Shown one piece after another: positions 26,279 to 34,895 of a stretch of 64,000 bases of DNA. The position numbers and the translations under genes are program-made. How positions within the stretch are numbered: the stretch's first letter is position 1; each line of letters opens with the position of its first letter. The notes beneath the pieces were generated by a model. It saw only the letters and a program-made list of their open reading frames with translations. It was not told where the DNA came from and did not search any database. The stretch lies in contig CASEKE010000010.1 in the NCBI GenBank assembly GCA_949288415.1, positions 1,979 to 65,978 of the forward strand. Direction: 5' to 3'. This stretch comes from an uncultured Spirochaetales bacterium (lineage in GTDB: Bacteria; Spirochaetota; Spirochaetia; Sphaerochaetales; Sphaerochaetaceae).

Positions 26279-27817
26279 TTATAAAAGCCGGAGAAGCCCC
26301 GATGTAAGCCGTCCCGCAGCCTTCAGAAGGATCGATGCCACAGCCTCCGGATCCGGATTGTCAAGATCGATGGTGACATACGGCGAATCGGACACCGATA
26401 TGGTGATCGTCCTGTCCCTGACCTGAAAGTCGAAAGGGATCCCGCTTTCTCCTGGAATCAAGGAAAGAAGGCCGTCACGGCACTTCAGCGTTCCGTCCTC
26501 GAAAGAGGCGCTGAACGCAAGTCCCAGCCCATCCATGACAGGCGACGAGGAGACGAGAGAGGCCTCGACGGACAATCCCGCATTTCCGTCATTCAAGAAT
26601 GGGAGGCCGAGCTCAATATCCGCCAGATTGATAGCCTGGAAAAACGAGCCGGAAATCGCATCGGAAATATCCGCCCGTCCGCCATTCGAAGAAAGGACGA
26701 TGACCCCTTCGCGTCCAACGCCGTGGATTTCGTCCAGCTCGAGGCTGTAGAACCTGTCCTCGAATCTCAGAGCGGGAACGTAAATGAGGCTCTCCCCGTT
26801 AACGACGGTTCCGTCTGGAACATGCACTTCCATGCCCTCCCCTTCGATCATGATCTCTTCGAGAGAGACGACCCCATTCTCGATCATCCCGCGGATGGGA
26901 CCGGATTTGAAATACCGCCCCGACTTGCCGAGCTCGATCCCGTCGTCGGCCGAAAAACCTATGTCCGAGGTTGTGCCGAAGAACCCCAGCTCGTCGAGGT
27001 TCGCCTCTAGACCTTCCGATGGACAGCTCACCGATATCCATCCGGTTTTTCCTTCGATTTCGTCCCCGCGCAAAGCGATGTCAATGCCGGATGCCTCCAG
27101 ACATATGTCGTCGCCCCTTCCGTCGAAGTTGGAAATGGAGAGGCCAGAGCAATCGCGACCTCCCCTGAGATCGATCGATCCGACGGAAATGACATCCATC
27201 GGAACAGAAACACCGAACATGGGCGATATCGCCCTTGGGTCGGCCGTCATTCCGTCGATGTACATCACTATCGCGTCCCCGCCCACGCTCCCTTCAATCG
27301 AAGGGATTTCAAGTATCGTAGACGATCCCGAAGAGGCAGAAGAGGCCTCTACGGAGAAGAACATCTCTTCGTCGGTAATAATGGCATCTATTCCCCACAG
27401 CTCGAGGGATATGCCCTGTCCCTTGAAGAAGGAAAGAGGGACTCCCCGTTCGACGAGCAGATCGAGAATCGGATCGGTGAGATCGACCTGGAGCCGACCG
27501 GCCGATACGGCAATGTCGCTTCCTCCGGAGAGCAGCGACGAATAGTCCACCTTTACGTTCGACAGCCGGACCTCGTTGCTTTCCAGCGAATAGACGATGC
27601 TCCTTGCGAGTGCGCTTCTCAGTCCGATTCTCTCTATGTCGAAGCTGACTACGCCCCCGATACCGCTGCTCTCCAGTACCGACGAAATCTTGTCCCCGAC
27701 GATCCGTGGAGCGAGATTTATCGCAGCTACATAGGTTCCTATGACAATCAGAAGCAGCGCCGCAAACACTGCAAGAACTACCTTGTGGAATTTCCTCATG
27801 GTTAGAATATAACACAT
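26279..27817 (-). CDS. Hypothetical membrane-anchored protein
   Basis: One N-terminal TM helix (VVLAVFAALLLIVIGTYVAAI), then about 470 aa rich in Gly, Ser, Asp and Ile and probably beta-rich. No family recognised. The alternative start is ATG 27799. Confidence 0.7.
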   Translation of the reverse strand: MCYILTMRKFHKVVLAVFAALLLIVIGTYVAAINLAPRIVGDKISSVLESSGIGGVVSFDIERIGLRSALARSIVYSLESNEVRLSNVKVDYSSLLSGGSDIAVSAGRLQVDLTDPILDLLVERGVPLSFFKGQGISLELWGIDAIITDEEMFFSVEASSASSGSSTILEIPSIEGSVGGDAIVMYIDGMTADPRAISPMFGVSVPMDVISVGSIDLRGGRDCSGLSISNFDGRGDDICLEASGIDIALRGDEIEGKTGWISVSCPSEGLEANLDELGFFGTTSDIGFSADDGIELGKSGRYFKSGPIRGMIENGVVSLEEIMIEGEGMEVHVPDGTVVNGESLIYVPALRFEDRFYSLELDEIHGVGREGVIVLSSNGGRADISDAISGSFFQAINLADIELGLPFLNDGNAGLSVEASLVSSSPVMDGLGLAFSASFEDGTLKCRDGLLSLIPGESGIPFDFQVRDRTITISVSDSPYVTIDLDNPDPEAVASILLKAAGRLTSGLLRLL

Positions 27818-27896
27818 GTGGAAGCAAAAATGGCCCGGTATACTCCGTTCCGCCGGACATCTGTGATGAAAAAAACAATTTTTTTATCCAAACCTA

Positions 27897-27925
27897 TTGA
27901 CCGTTCCAATTCAAATTCGTAATAT
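27897..27925 (+). promoter_or_regulatory. Sigma-70 promoter for tRNA-Gly
   Basis: TTGACC, 17 nt, TATAAT-like TAATAT. The -10 element ends 16 nt before the tRNA 5' end. Confidence 0.6.
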
Positions 27926-27941
27926 ATCGAACGTTGAGCAT

Positions 27942-28013
<72 letters not shown>

Positions 28014-28019
28014 CTAGGT

Positions 28020-28049
28020 GACCTGAAGAGATTCAGGTCCCTTTTTTTT
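28020..28049 (+). terminator. Rho-independent terminator after tRNA-Gly
   Basis: GACCTGAA, loop GAGA, TTCAGGTC, then CC and T8. Confidence 0.85.
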
Positions 28050-28091
28050 CGTTTATTGCACTCGGATGCTCTTTCATGGATAATCATTGGC

Positions 28092-29261
28092 ATGGACAGA
28101 GCATTCTACTATACCTATGCGGCACACATAATCGACAACGCCCTATGCCTCGGCAAGGACGACGTGCTTGCGATAAACACCGAAGAGGAGAACATCGAGT
28201 TCGCGAGGATCCTCGCCGAGATCGCAAAGGAGAAGACTGACAGCGGAACGTATCTGATGCTTCTCGAAAACGGGAAGAAGGGGGACGTGACCGAGCTTTT
28301 CTCCGATTACGTCATGCAGAAAAGCCCCACTGCGTTCATCTACCTGCAGAGCTACAGAGGATATGACGACATCGAGGCGATGAAGGAGCTCGATCCGCCG
28401 GCGCTCCAGCGCTTCAGGCTTCTTTCCTCCCCTATGATCCTCGAGAAACCGAACATAATATTCGCTACCGTCCCCTGCCCGAGCGACGAATGGGGACGCC
28501 TGATCGACGAGGACGGAGACATACGGACCGCAATGGCGATGATATCGGACCTGCTCGGACTCGGGGACGAGGACAGCAGGACCATGCATCGCGAAATCCG
28601 CGAGATGACGCGCTACGACAACAGAAACCTCAACAGGGAAATACTGCATCACTGCCACATTGAGACGTTCGACGGGATGACGGATCTCGATTTCAACTTC
28701 CTTCCCCGAAGCTCGTTCAGGAGCTTCGAGGCCGAAAGTGTCGGAGGCAGACTGTTCATTCCTGCACTGATGGCGACATGCCATGCACGCCCGGTGGCCA
28801 AGGACAGTGCCAACGGCCATGTGTCGACGACGCGCCCATTCATGCTCTTCGGAAGGACGATAAGGCACCTGACACTTTCTTTCGAAGGCGGACGGGTCAC
28901 GGACTTCGAGACGGACGAGGCAAGCAGACCCCTGCTCGATCGATTCTTCGCCTTGGACGAGGACAATGCAAGACTGGCCGAGCTCATCGTTTCCGACGAG
29001 AACGGCAGGGCCTCCGGAGTGGACTACTGTGCCTATCCCGAATGGGACAGGATGCGTACCACCCACATAACGCTCGGTCAGGCCCACAGCGAAAGCATAG
29101 AATACGACAAAGAGGACGATGCCCTCAGGGAAGGAGCCGCATCGTCGCTTTCTTTCCTCACCATTCCCGTCGGAAGCGACGAGATGACGATCACCCTCTC
29201 GGACGGGGATGGAAACGAATGCATCATTCTCGAGGACGGGATGATAAAGGAGGATTACTGA
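28092..29261 (+). CDS. Aminopeptidase, M29 (AmpS/PepS)-like, divergent copy
   Basis: The start is moved to ATG 28092 because the track ORF begins inside tRNA-Gly and its terminator. Colinear with the next gene and with the M29 layout (THITLGQAH near the C-terminus). Confidence 0.7.
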   Translation: MDRAFYYTYAAHIIDNALCLGKDDVLAINTEEENIEFARILAEIAKEKTDSGTYLMLLENGKKGDVTELFSDYVMQKSPTAFIYLQSYRGYDDIEAMKELDPPALQRFRLLSSPMILEKPNIIFATVPCPSDEWGRLIDEDGDIRTAMAMISDLLGLGDEDSRTMHREIREMTRYDNRNLNREILHHCHIETFDGMTDLDFNFLPRSSFRSFEAESVGGRLFIPALMATCHARPVAKDSANGHVSTTRPFMLFGRTIRHLTLSFEGGRVTDFETDEASRPLLDRFFALDEDNARLAELIVSDENGRASGVDYCAYPEWDRMRTTHITLGQAHSESIEYDKEDDALREGAASSLSFLTIPVGSDEMTITLSDGDGNECIILEDGMIKEDY

Positions 29262-29262
29262 A

Positions 29263-30489
29263 ATGGACATGGGCTTCGCAATCGAACTTTCCCGTCTCGT
29301 TCTCGGGCGGGGCATCGCACTCAAGCGCGGGCAGTGCATCAATATAGTCTCGTCTCCCAAAGGTTGCCAGTACGCCTCCGTCATGGCACGCGAGGCTTAT
29401 CGCATGGGTGCGAAGTACGTCGGGATCGTCATACAGGATCCGAACGTCAACGCAGTAAGAGTGGACTGCCAGAAAAACGACGACATAACGTTCATTCCAC
29501 ACTATCTCAGGAGCTTGGAACTCGAGTCGCTGGCGGAAGGCTGGGCCCGGATCAGGATCGACTGTCCGGACGAGACTCTTGCCCAGCTTCCGTTCGAGGA
29601 CAAGGAGAATGCGATGCGCTTCACCAGGGCCATGAGGGAGAACGGCCGTCTGCTGTCCTCCGCATATTCGAAGAACCGCCTACCATGGTGCGTATGCTGC
29701 ATCCCGGGACCGCTCATGGCAAAAGCCGTACTTGGAAAGGATGCCTGCGAGTCGGATCTGGTCGATGTGCTATCGAAAATATACCGGTTCGGCGGCGATG
29801 ATGCGCTTGAAGCCTGGGACGAATTCGACAGGACGATCGAAAGCAGAATCTCGAAGCTCGATTCGATGCACGTGAAGACGCTCCATTTCGTCAGTGCCTC
29901 GACGAACCTGAGAATCGGCTTATCCGAAAAGGCACACTTTGCAGGAGGCTCGAGCCGTCTTCCTGATGGGAGAAAGTTCTTCCCGAATCTCCCTACGGAG
30001 GAGATGTTCACTACGCCCGACATGTACAAGGTGGACGGACACGTCAAGACGACGCGCCCCGTGAGTGTGCTCAACGAAATCACGGAGAACGTGACGTTTT
30101 TCTTCAAGGACGGGCTGATCGTCGATGCGAAGGCGGAAAAAGGACAGAAGGCGATCGATGCGCTTCTGGATACCGACAAGGGCACGCGGCGGATCGGAGA
30201 GATAGCTCTTGTCGACGAGAACGGTCCGATCGCGAAGACCGGTCTGGTATTCGGATCCTCCCTGATAGACGAGAACGCATCATGCCACATGGCAATCGGT
30301 TCCGGGTACGAGGAGTGCATCGAAGGCGGGCTCGAGGCCTCGGGCGACGAGGAACTCGAAAAACTGGGGATAAATACATCCAGCATGCACGTGGACTTCA
30401 TGATAGGTTCCCCAGACATGGACATCGATGCAGAGACGTACGACGGCAGATCTGTTCCTGTAATGAGGAAAGGTTCTTTTGCAATATGA
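29263..30489 (+). CDS. Aminopeptidase, M29 (AmpS/PepS) family
   Basis: 408 aa. N-terminal LVLGRGIALKRGQCINI...EAYRMGAKYV and C-terminal CHMAIGSGY and MHVDFMIG blocks are typical of thermophilic-metalloprotease M29. Confidence 0.85.
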   Translation: MDMGFAIELSRLVLGRGIALKRGQCINIVSSPKGCQYASVMAREAYRMGAKYVGIVIQDPNVNAVRVDCQKNDDITFIPHYLRSLELESLAEGWARIRIDCPDETLAQLPFEDKENAMRFTRAMRENGRLLSSAYSKNRLPWCVCCIPGPLMAKAVLGKDACESDLVDVLSKIYRFGGDDALEAWDEFDRTIESRISKLDSMHVKTLHFVSASTNLRIGLSEKAHFAGGSSRLPDGRKFFPNLPTEEMFTTPDMYKVDGHVKTTRPVSVLNEITENVTFFFKDGLIVDAKAEKGQKAIDALLDTDKGTRRIGEIALVDENGPIAKTGLVFGSSLIDENASCHMAIGSGYEECIEGGLEASGDEELEKLGINTSSMHVDFMIGSPDMDIDAETYDGRSVPVMRKGSFAI

Positions 30490-30491
30490 AA

Positions 30492-30514
30492 AAAGGTCCT
30501 CGGAGGGGACCTTT
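30492..30514. terminator. Bidirectional terminator hairpin between convergent genes
   Basis: AAAGGTCC, 7-nt loop, GGACCTTT. Flanked by A-run and T-run. Lies between the pepS stop (30489) and the coaX stop (30521). Confidence 0.7.
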
Positions 30515-30520
30515 CGAATG

Positions 30521-31288
30521 CTATCTTGAGTTCAGTTCCGATATAAGGACCAGACCTCTGAGCGTATGGAACCCATCCACTCTGTCTATCCTTTCTATAA
30601 GCGGGCTTATCGTCTTCGAGAGCCCGCCTGTGGCTATTACCTTGACACACCGGCCTACTTCGTCCTCGATGCGACGGATCATGCTCTCGACGAGACCGGC
30701 ATAGCCAAGCATTATTCCGCTCCTGATCGATTCCTCGCTGTTACGGCCGAGCGCCCTGTCCGGGATCTTCAGCTCCACCTGCGGAAGCTGGGCCGTCGAG
30801 CCGAAGAGGGAATTTACCGCGGTGATAAGTCCTGGAGAGATCGAGACGCCAAGAACATTGCCTCCTTCATCGACTGTACTAAGCGTCAGAGCGGTACCGA
30901 AATCGACGACTGTGACCACGTCATCAGGGAATTCGTGATGGGCATATGCAAGATTACACAGAAGGTCGCTTCCGAGCTCCGACGGGATGCTTTCTCTCTC
31001 GAGGCCCGATTCGACATCGTGGTCCACGATGAGCGGTTCCACAGGGAAAAGCCTCCTCAGAACCTTCTGTATGCTCCTGGAAAGGTTCGGGACTACGGAG
31101 GATACGACCACACCGTCGACAAGGGAAGGATCCATGCCGACGCTCTCCATGAGAGTACGAAAGATGACTAGATACTCGTCCCCAGTCTTCCTCTGGTCGG
31201 TGTATACCCTGAACGAATCGATGAAATCTCTTCCGTCGTGGAGGGCGATCACGATGTTCGTATTACCGATATCGACGGCTACAAGCAT
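30521..31288 (-). CDS. coaX: Type III pantothenate kinase
   Basis: MLVAVDIGNTN start and ASKHA-fold motifs. 255 aa. Confidence 0.92.
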   Translation of the reverse strand: MLVAVDIGNTNIVIALHDGRDFIDSFRVYTDQRKTGDEYLVIFRTLMESVGMDPSLVDGVVVSSVVPNLSRSIQKVLRRLFPVEPLIVDHDVESGLERESIPSELGSDLLCNLAYAHHEFPDDVVTVVDFGTALTLSTVDEGGNVLGVSISPGLITAVNSLFGSTAQLPQVELKIPDRALGRNSEESIRSGIMLGYAGLVESMIRRIEDEVGRCVKVIATGGLSKTISPLIERIDRVDGFHTLRGLVLISELNSR

Positions 31289-32925
31289 CAGAGCAGTACC
31301 ACCTTCTTAACGTCCTTGTAGGCCTTCTCCCTGAGTGCCTTCACGCCCTCGTCATCGAGATAGGAATCGAAGTTGGTCATTCTGTCGATAAGTCCCGAAG
31401 GCGTGAACTCTATGATTCTGTTCGCGACGGAATCGACGAACTGATGGTCGTGGGAATTGAAGAGGATCACCCCCTTGAACTCTATCAGACCATTGTTCAG
31501 AGCCTGTATAGCCTCGAGATCAAGATGGCTAGTAGGCTCGTCGAATATGAGGCAGTTCGCCCCCTCGAGCATCATTTTCGCAAGAACGACGCGCACCCTT
31601 TCCCCTCCGGAGAGGACCTGGCAATTCTTCAATGCCTCGTCTCCGGAAAAAAGCATCCTTCCGAGGAACGATCTCACATACGTGTCATCGTCCTCCTTGC
31701 TGTACTGCTGGAGGTAGTCCGCGATGCTTTCGTCCTCCTTGAACATCTTGCTATTGTCCTTCGGAAAATATGAAAGGCTTGTCGTGACTCCCCACGTATA
31801 GCTTCCCTCGTCAGGCTCCATCTCTCCGGCAAGAATCTGGAACAGGACGGTCTTGGCGTAGTGGTTGGGGCCGACGAACGCGACCTTGTCCGAAGGATTT
31901 ATCGTAAGGGAGAGATTGTCAAGAATCTTCACTCCGTCGATAGTCTTGGACAGATTCTTTATCTCGAGAGCCATCTTGCCGATTTCCCTGTTCGGCTTGA
32001 AAGCGACATAAGGAAATCTTCTGCTCGAGGGCTTGATGTCGTCGATCGTCAGTTTGTCGATGAGCTTCTTGCGGCTTGTCGCCTGCTTGGCCTTCGCTAC
32101 GTTTGAACTGAAGCGTTGTATGAACTCCTTCAGTTCGGCGATCTTCTCGTCCCTTCTCTTCTTCTCGTCCTTCATCTGCTTGAGCGCAAGCTGGCTGGAC
32201 ATGTACCAGAAATCGTAGTTTCCGACGTACAGCTGGATCTTTCCGAAATCGATGTCGCAAATGTGCGTGCACACAGAATTCAGGAAGTGTCTGTCGTGCG
32301 ATACAACTATGACTGTGTTGTTGAAGTTCTCAAGATAGTCCTCGAGCCAATGGATGCTTTCAAGATCGAGGTGGTTTGTAGGCTCGTCCAGGAGCAGGAT
32401 ATCGGGATTTCCGAAGAGAGCCTGGGCAAGAAGGACGCGCACCTTCAGGTTGTCCTCGATCTCTTCCATCCTCTTCTCATGGAGGGACACAGGAATTCCC
32501 AGACCATCGAGCATCTGCGCCGCATTCGCCTCGGCTTCCCAGCCTCCGAGCTCGGCGAATTCGCCTTCCAGCTCGGCAGCTCTGATTCCATCTTCCTCGC
32601 TGAAGTCGGACTTGGCATAGATCTCGTCCCTTTCCTTCATGACGTCGTAAAGCTTCTTGAAACCCATTATAACAGTATCGATCACCCGGTATTCGTTGAA
32701 CGCGAAGTGATCCTGCCTGAGCGTCGTCATTCTCTCGCCGGGAGTAATGATGATCTCGCCCGTGTCAGGCTCGATCTCGCCGGAAAGGATCTTCAGGAAT
32801 GTCGACTTTCCTGCTCCGTTTGCACCGATTATTCCATAGCAGTTCCCGGGAGTGAACTTGATGTTGACTTCCTTGAAGAGTACCTGGGTCCCATATGAGA
32901 GCGATATGTTGCTTGCTGTAATCAT
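31288..32925 (-). CDS. ABC-F family ATPase (YbiT-like)
   Basis: Start at ATG 32925 with an AGGTGG RBS. Two ABC cassettes (GANGAGKST; LSGGE; LLLDEPTNHLD, then a second set) and no TM domain. The N-terminus is colinear with E. coli YbiT. Confidence 0.9.
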   Translation of the reverse strand: MITASNISLSYGTQVLFKEVNIKFTPGNCYGIIGANGAGKSTFLKILSGEIEPDTGEIIITPGERMTTLRQDHFAFNEYRVIDTVIMGFKKLYDVMKERDEIYAKSDFSEEDGIRAAELEGEFAELGGWEAEANAAQMLDGLGIPVSLHEKRMEEIEDNLKVRVLLAQALFGNPDILLLDEPTNHLDLESIHWLEDYLENFNNTVIVVSHDRHFLNSVCTHICDIDFGKIQLYVGNYDFWYMSSQLALKQMKDEKKRRDEKIAELKEFIQRFSSNVAKAKQATSRKKLIDKLTIDDIKPSSRRFPYVAFKPNREIGKMALEIKNLSKTIDGVKILDNLSLTINPSDKVAFVGPNHYAKTVLFQILAGEMEPDEGSYTWGVTTSLSYFPKDNSKMFKEDESIADYLQQYSKEDDDTYVRSFLGRMLFSGDEALKNCQVLSGGERVRVVLAKMMLEGANCLIFDEPTSHLDLEAIQALNNGLIEFKGVILFNSHDHQFVDSVANRIIEFTPSGLIDRMTNFDSYLDDEGVKALREKAYKDVKKVVLL

Positions 32926-33001
32926 TTGCCACCTGCTTGCTTTGTTTTCTTCCGCATGGAAAGGATACCAATTGGACGGTCTTTTGTGAACCATCCGCCA
33001 T

Positions 33002-33029
33002 AAAAAAAGGCTACCCTGCAGATAGCCTT
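33002..33029 (-). terminator. Terminator after the tRNA cluster
   Basis: On minus: AAGGCTA, 9-nt loop, TAGCCTT, then T-run. Immediately 3' of tRNA-Glu copy 1. Confidence 0.6.
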
Positions 33030-33101
33030 TAGTTCCTAGGGGAATCGAACCCCTATTTAGAGACTGAGAATCTCCCGTCCTAACCGTTAGACGAAGGAAC
33101 C
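33030..33101 (-). tRNA. tRNA-Glu (anticodon CTC), copy 1
   Basis: The reverse complement is GGTTCCTTCGTCTAACGGTTAGGACGGGAGATTCTCAGTCTCTAAATAGGGGTTCGATTCCCCTAGGAACTA. It folds as a cloverleaf with a G1-U72 wobble. Confidence 0.9.
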
Positions 33102-33104
33102 GTA

Positions 33105-33175
33105 CTGGGATGGAGGGATTCGAACCCCCAAAGGCAGAACCAGAATCTGCAGTGTTACCATTACACTACATCCCA
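33105..33175 (-). tRNA. tRNA-Gln (anticodon CTG)
   Basis: The reverse complement is TGGGATGTAGTGTAATGGTAACACTGCAGATTCTGGTTCTGC...GGGGGTTCGAATCCCTCCATCCCAG. Similar to E. coli tRNA-Gln. Confidence 0.9.
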
Positions 33176-33253
33176 AAGATACCTCACGTATGGTACGTAT
33201 TTTGCGCCAGTCTGTCAACAGCCGAGACGCTTTTTTTTCCATCCGTCGAGCTA

Positions 33254-33325
33254 TAGTTCCTAGGGGAATCGAACCCCTATTTAGAGACTGAGAATCTCCC
33301 GTCCTAACCGTTAGACGAAGGAACC
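33254..33325 (-). tRNA. tRNA-Glu (anticodon CTC), copy 2
   Basis: 72-nt sequence identical to copy 1 at 33030-33101. Confidence 0.9.
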
Positions 33326-33402
33326 GCGCTAGGACTTTTTACACTATTTTCAATGGTAAAGTCAACATGTTTTTACAAAAAAAATCCAAATGCGCCATCT
33401 CA

Positions 33403-33439
33403 CTGCGGCTTTTGCTCAGTCGGACAAGAAAAGCCGCAG
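33403..33439 (-). terminator. Strong hairpin downstream of tsaD (terminator candidate)
   Basis: 11-bp stem CTGCGGCTTTT/AAAAGCCGCAG with a 15-nt loop. On minus a T8 run follows only about 15 nt later, so it is atypical. Confidence 0.5.
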
Positions 33440-33455
33440 GCAATGCGGCGATCGC

Positions 33456-34469
33456 CTAGAACTTCTTGAACGCGTTCACTCTGGCACTGGCGCTGACAGT
33501 GACGTCGTCCCTGTAACCGTCGCGAAGATAATTGTAGGCAAGTCCTGCGATCATCGCACCGTTGTCGGTGCAAAGCTTAAGCGAAGGGAAAGTCACCTGG
33601 TAACCTTCCTTCTCAAGCTCCTTCAGCTCGCTTCGCAGAAGGGAGTTGGCAGCGACTCCGCCGCCCGCGCTTACTCTCTTCAGTCCGGTATCCTTCAGAG
33701 CGAGTCTTAACCTCTTCATCAAAATTCCGACCGCCTGCCTCTGGAAAGATGCGGCGATGTTTGCCTTGCTGTCCTCTTTCCCCGGTACAAGGAACCTGTC
33801 CTTCTGGTTGATGACAGCTGTCTTGAGTCCGCTGTAGCTCATGTCGTACGGGTGCTCGTTCCTGTCCATGGAAGGTCCTGGGAACATAAAGGCATTGGGA
33901 TCCCCTTCCTTGCTCAGGCGATCTATGACGACTCCTCCAGGATATCCGAGATCGTAGAACTTGGCGACCTTGTCGAAGGCCTCTCCGATGGCATCGTCAA
34001 TCGTCGTACCGAGCACATCGACCTCGTCGTAGGACAGCACTTTGCATATGACAGTATGTCCTCCGGAGACAAGCACACCCAGATAAGGATATTCGAGCGG
34101 GTTCTCTATCTGCGAGGCATAGAGATGTCCGCGTATATGGTCGATGCCGATGAACGGGATGCCCAAGGTCTCGGCGAGGGTCTTCGCGTAGTTGACGCCT
34201 ACAAGAAGACTTCCTAGAAGACCGGGACGGTTGGTGAAAGCTACCGCATCGAGATCCTCCATGCCGATGCCAGCCTTGGTCACGGCGGCGCCTACCACCT
34301 GCTCTATCCATTCGGTGTGAAGACGGCTTGCAAGCTCGGGAACGACGCCCTGATAAGGTTTGTGCAGCTCGATCTGCGTGGCGATGACGTTGCTCATTAT
34401 CTCTCGTCCGTCCCGCACGACTGCGGCGGAGCATTCATCGCAGCTAGTCTCTATTCCAAGAACTATCAT
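33456..34469 (-). CDS. tsaD: tRNA N6-adenosine threonylcarbamoyltransferase TsaD
   Basis: Start at ATG 34469 with an AAGGAGG RBS. Motifs MIVLGIETSCDE, GHIRGH-type His pair and GGVAAN. Confidence 0.95.
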   Translation of the reverse strand: MIVLGIETSCDECSAAVVRDGREIMSNVIATQIELHKPYQGVVPELASRLHTEWIEQVVGAAVTKAGIGMEDLDAVAFTNRPGLLGSLLVGVNYAKTLAETLGIPFIGIDHIRGHLYASQIENPLEYPYLGVLVSGGHTVICKVLSYDEVDVLGTTIDDAIGEAFDKVAKFYDLGYPGGVVIDRLSKEGDPNAFMFPGPSMDRNEHPYDMSYSGLKTAVINQKDRFLVPGKEDSKANIAASFQRQAVGILMKRLRLALKDTGLKRVSAGGGVAANSLLRSELKELEKEGYQVTFPSLKLCTDNGAMIAGLAYNYLRDGYRDDVTVSASARVNAFKKF

Positions 34470-34695
34470 CCTGGTCCTCCTTGTTTTTGTATCTTTCCTC
34501 GAGGCTCGCACGGATCATATCCGAGAAGAACTGTCTTCTCATTGCCTCCGTCATCCTCGCGTCGGAGATGTACTCGTATATCTCCGGGGCCCAGAACTCG
34601 CCTACCATCACCGGATCGTCCTTGCCAAGCATGCTTCCCTTGACGAAGGACGGAACGGGATAGAAGTCGCCGTTCAGGTTTATGATCTTAGCCAT
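34444..34695 (-). CDS. Small hypothetical protein (83 aa)
   Basis: GGGAGG RBS 6 nt before ATG 34695. Balanced amino-acid composition. Its 3' end overlaps the tsaD RBS and start by 26 nt. No family recognised. Confidence 0.5.
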   Translation of the reverse strand: MAKIINLNGDFYPVPSFVKGSMLGKDDPVMVGEFWAPEIYEYISDARMTEAMRRQFFSDMIRASLEERYKNKEDQDDSSWNRD

Positions 34696-34736
34696 TTCTT
34701 CCTCCCTGCCGAAATCGATTCCGACCGAAGAATATC

Positions 34737-34762
34737 AAAAAAAGGCAACCTTTTCAGGTTGC
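34737..34762 (-). terminator. Rho-independent terminator after tRNA-Thr
   Basis: On minus: GGCAACCT, loop GAAA, AGGTTGCC, then T6. Starts 3 nt after the tRNA 3' end. Confidence 0.8.
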
Positions 34763-34764
34763 CA

Positions 34765-34836
34765 AAGCCAAAGATGGGAGTCGAACCCGCGACCTGCTCA
34801 TTACGAGTGAGCTGCTCTACCACTGAGCTACTTTGG
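34765..34836 (-). tRNA. tRNA-Thr (anticodon CGT)
   Basis: The reverse complement is GCCAAAGTAGCTCAGTGGTAGAGCAGCTCACTCGTAATGAGCAGGTCGCGGGTTCGACTCCCATCTTTGGCT. Resembles E. coli thrW, with one C-A mismatch in the T stem. Confidence 0.85.
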
Positions 34837-34895
34837 CATATTCCTTTCGGACACGGGTAAAATACCACAAAAATGAAATCCTTGCAACAGGTTTG

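Noticed and set aside
27881-27889. Isolated DnaA-box-like 9-mers (TTATCCAAA at 27885 region, TGTGGATGA near 17014)
   Set aside because: They are single, imperfect and unclustered. There is no dnaA or dnaN nearby, so they are not an origin.
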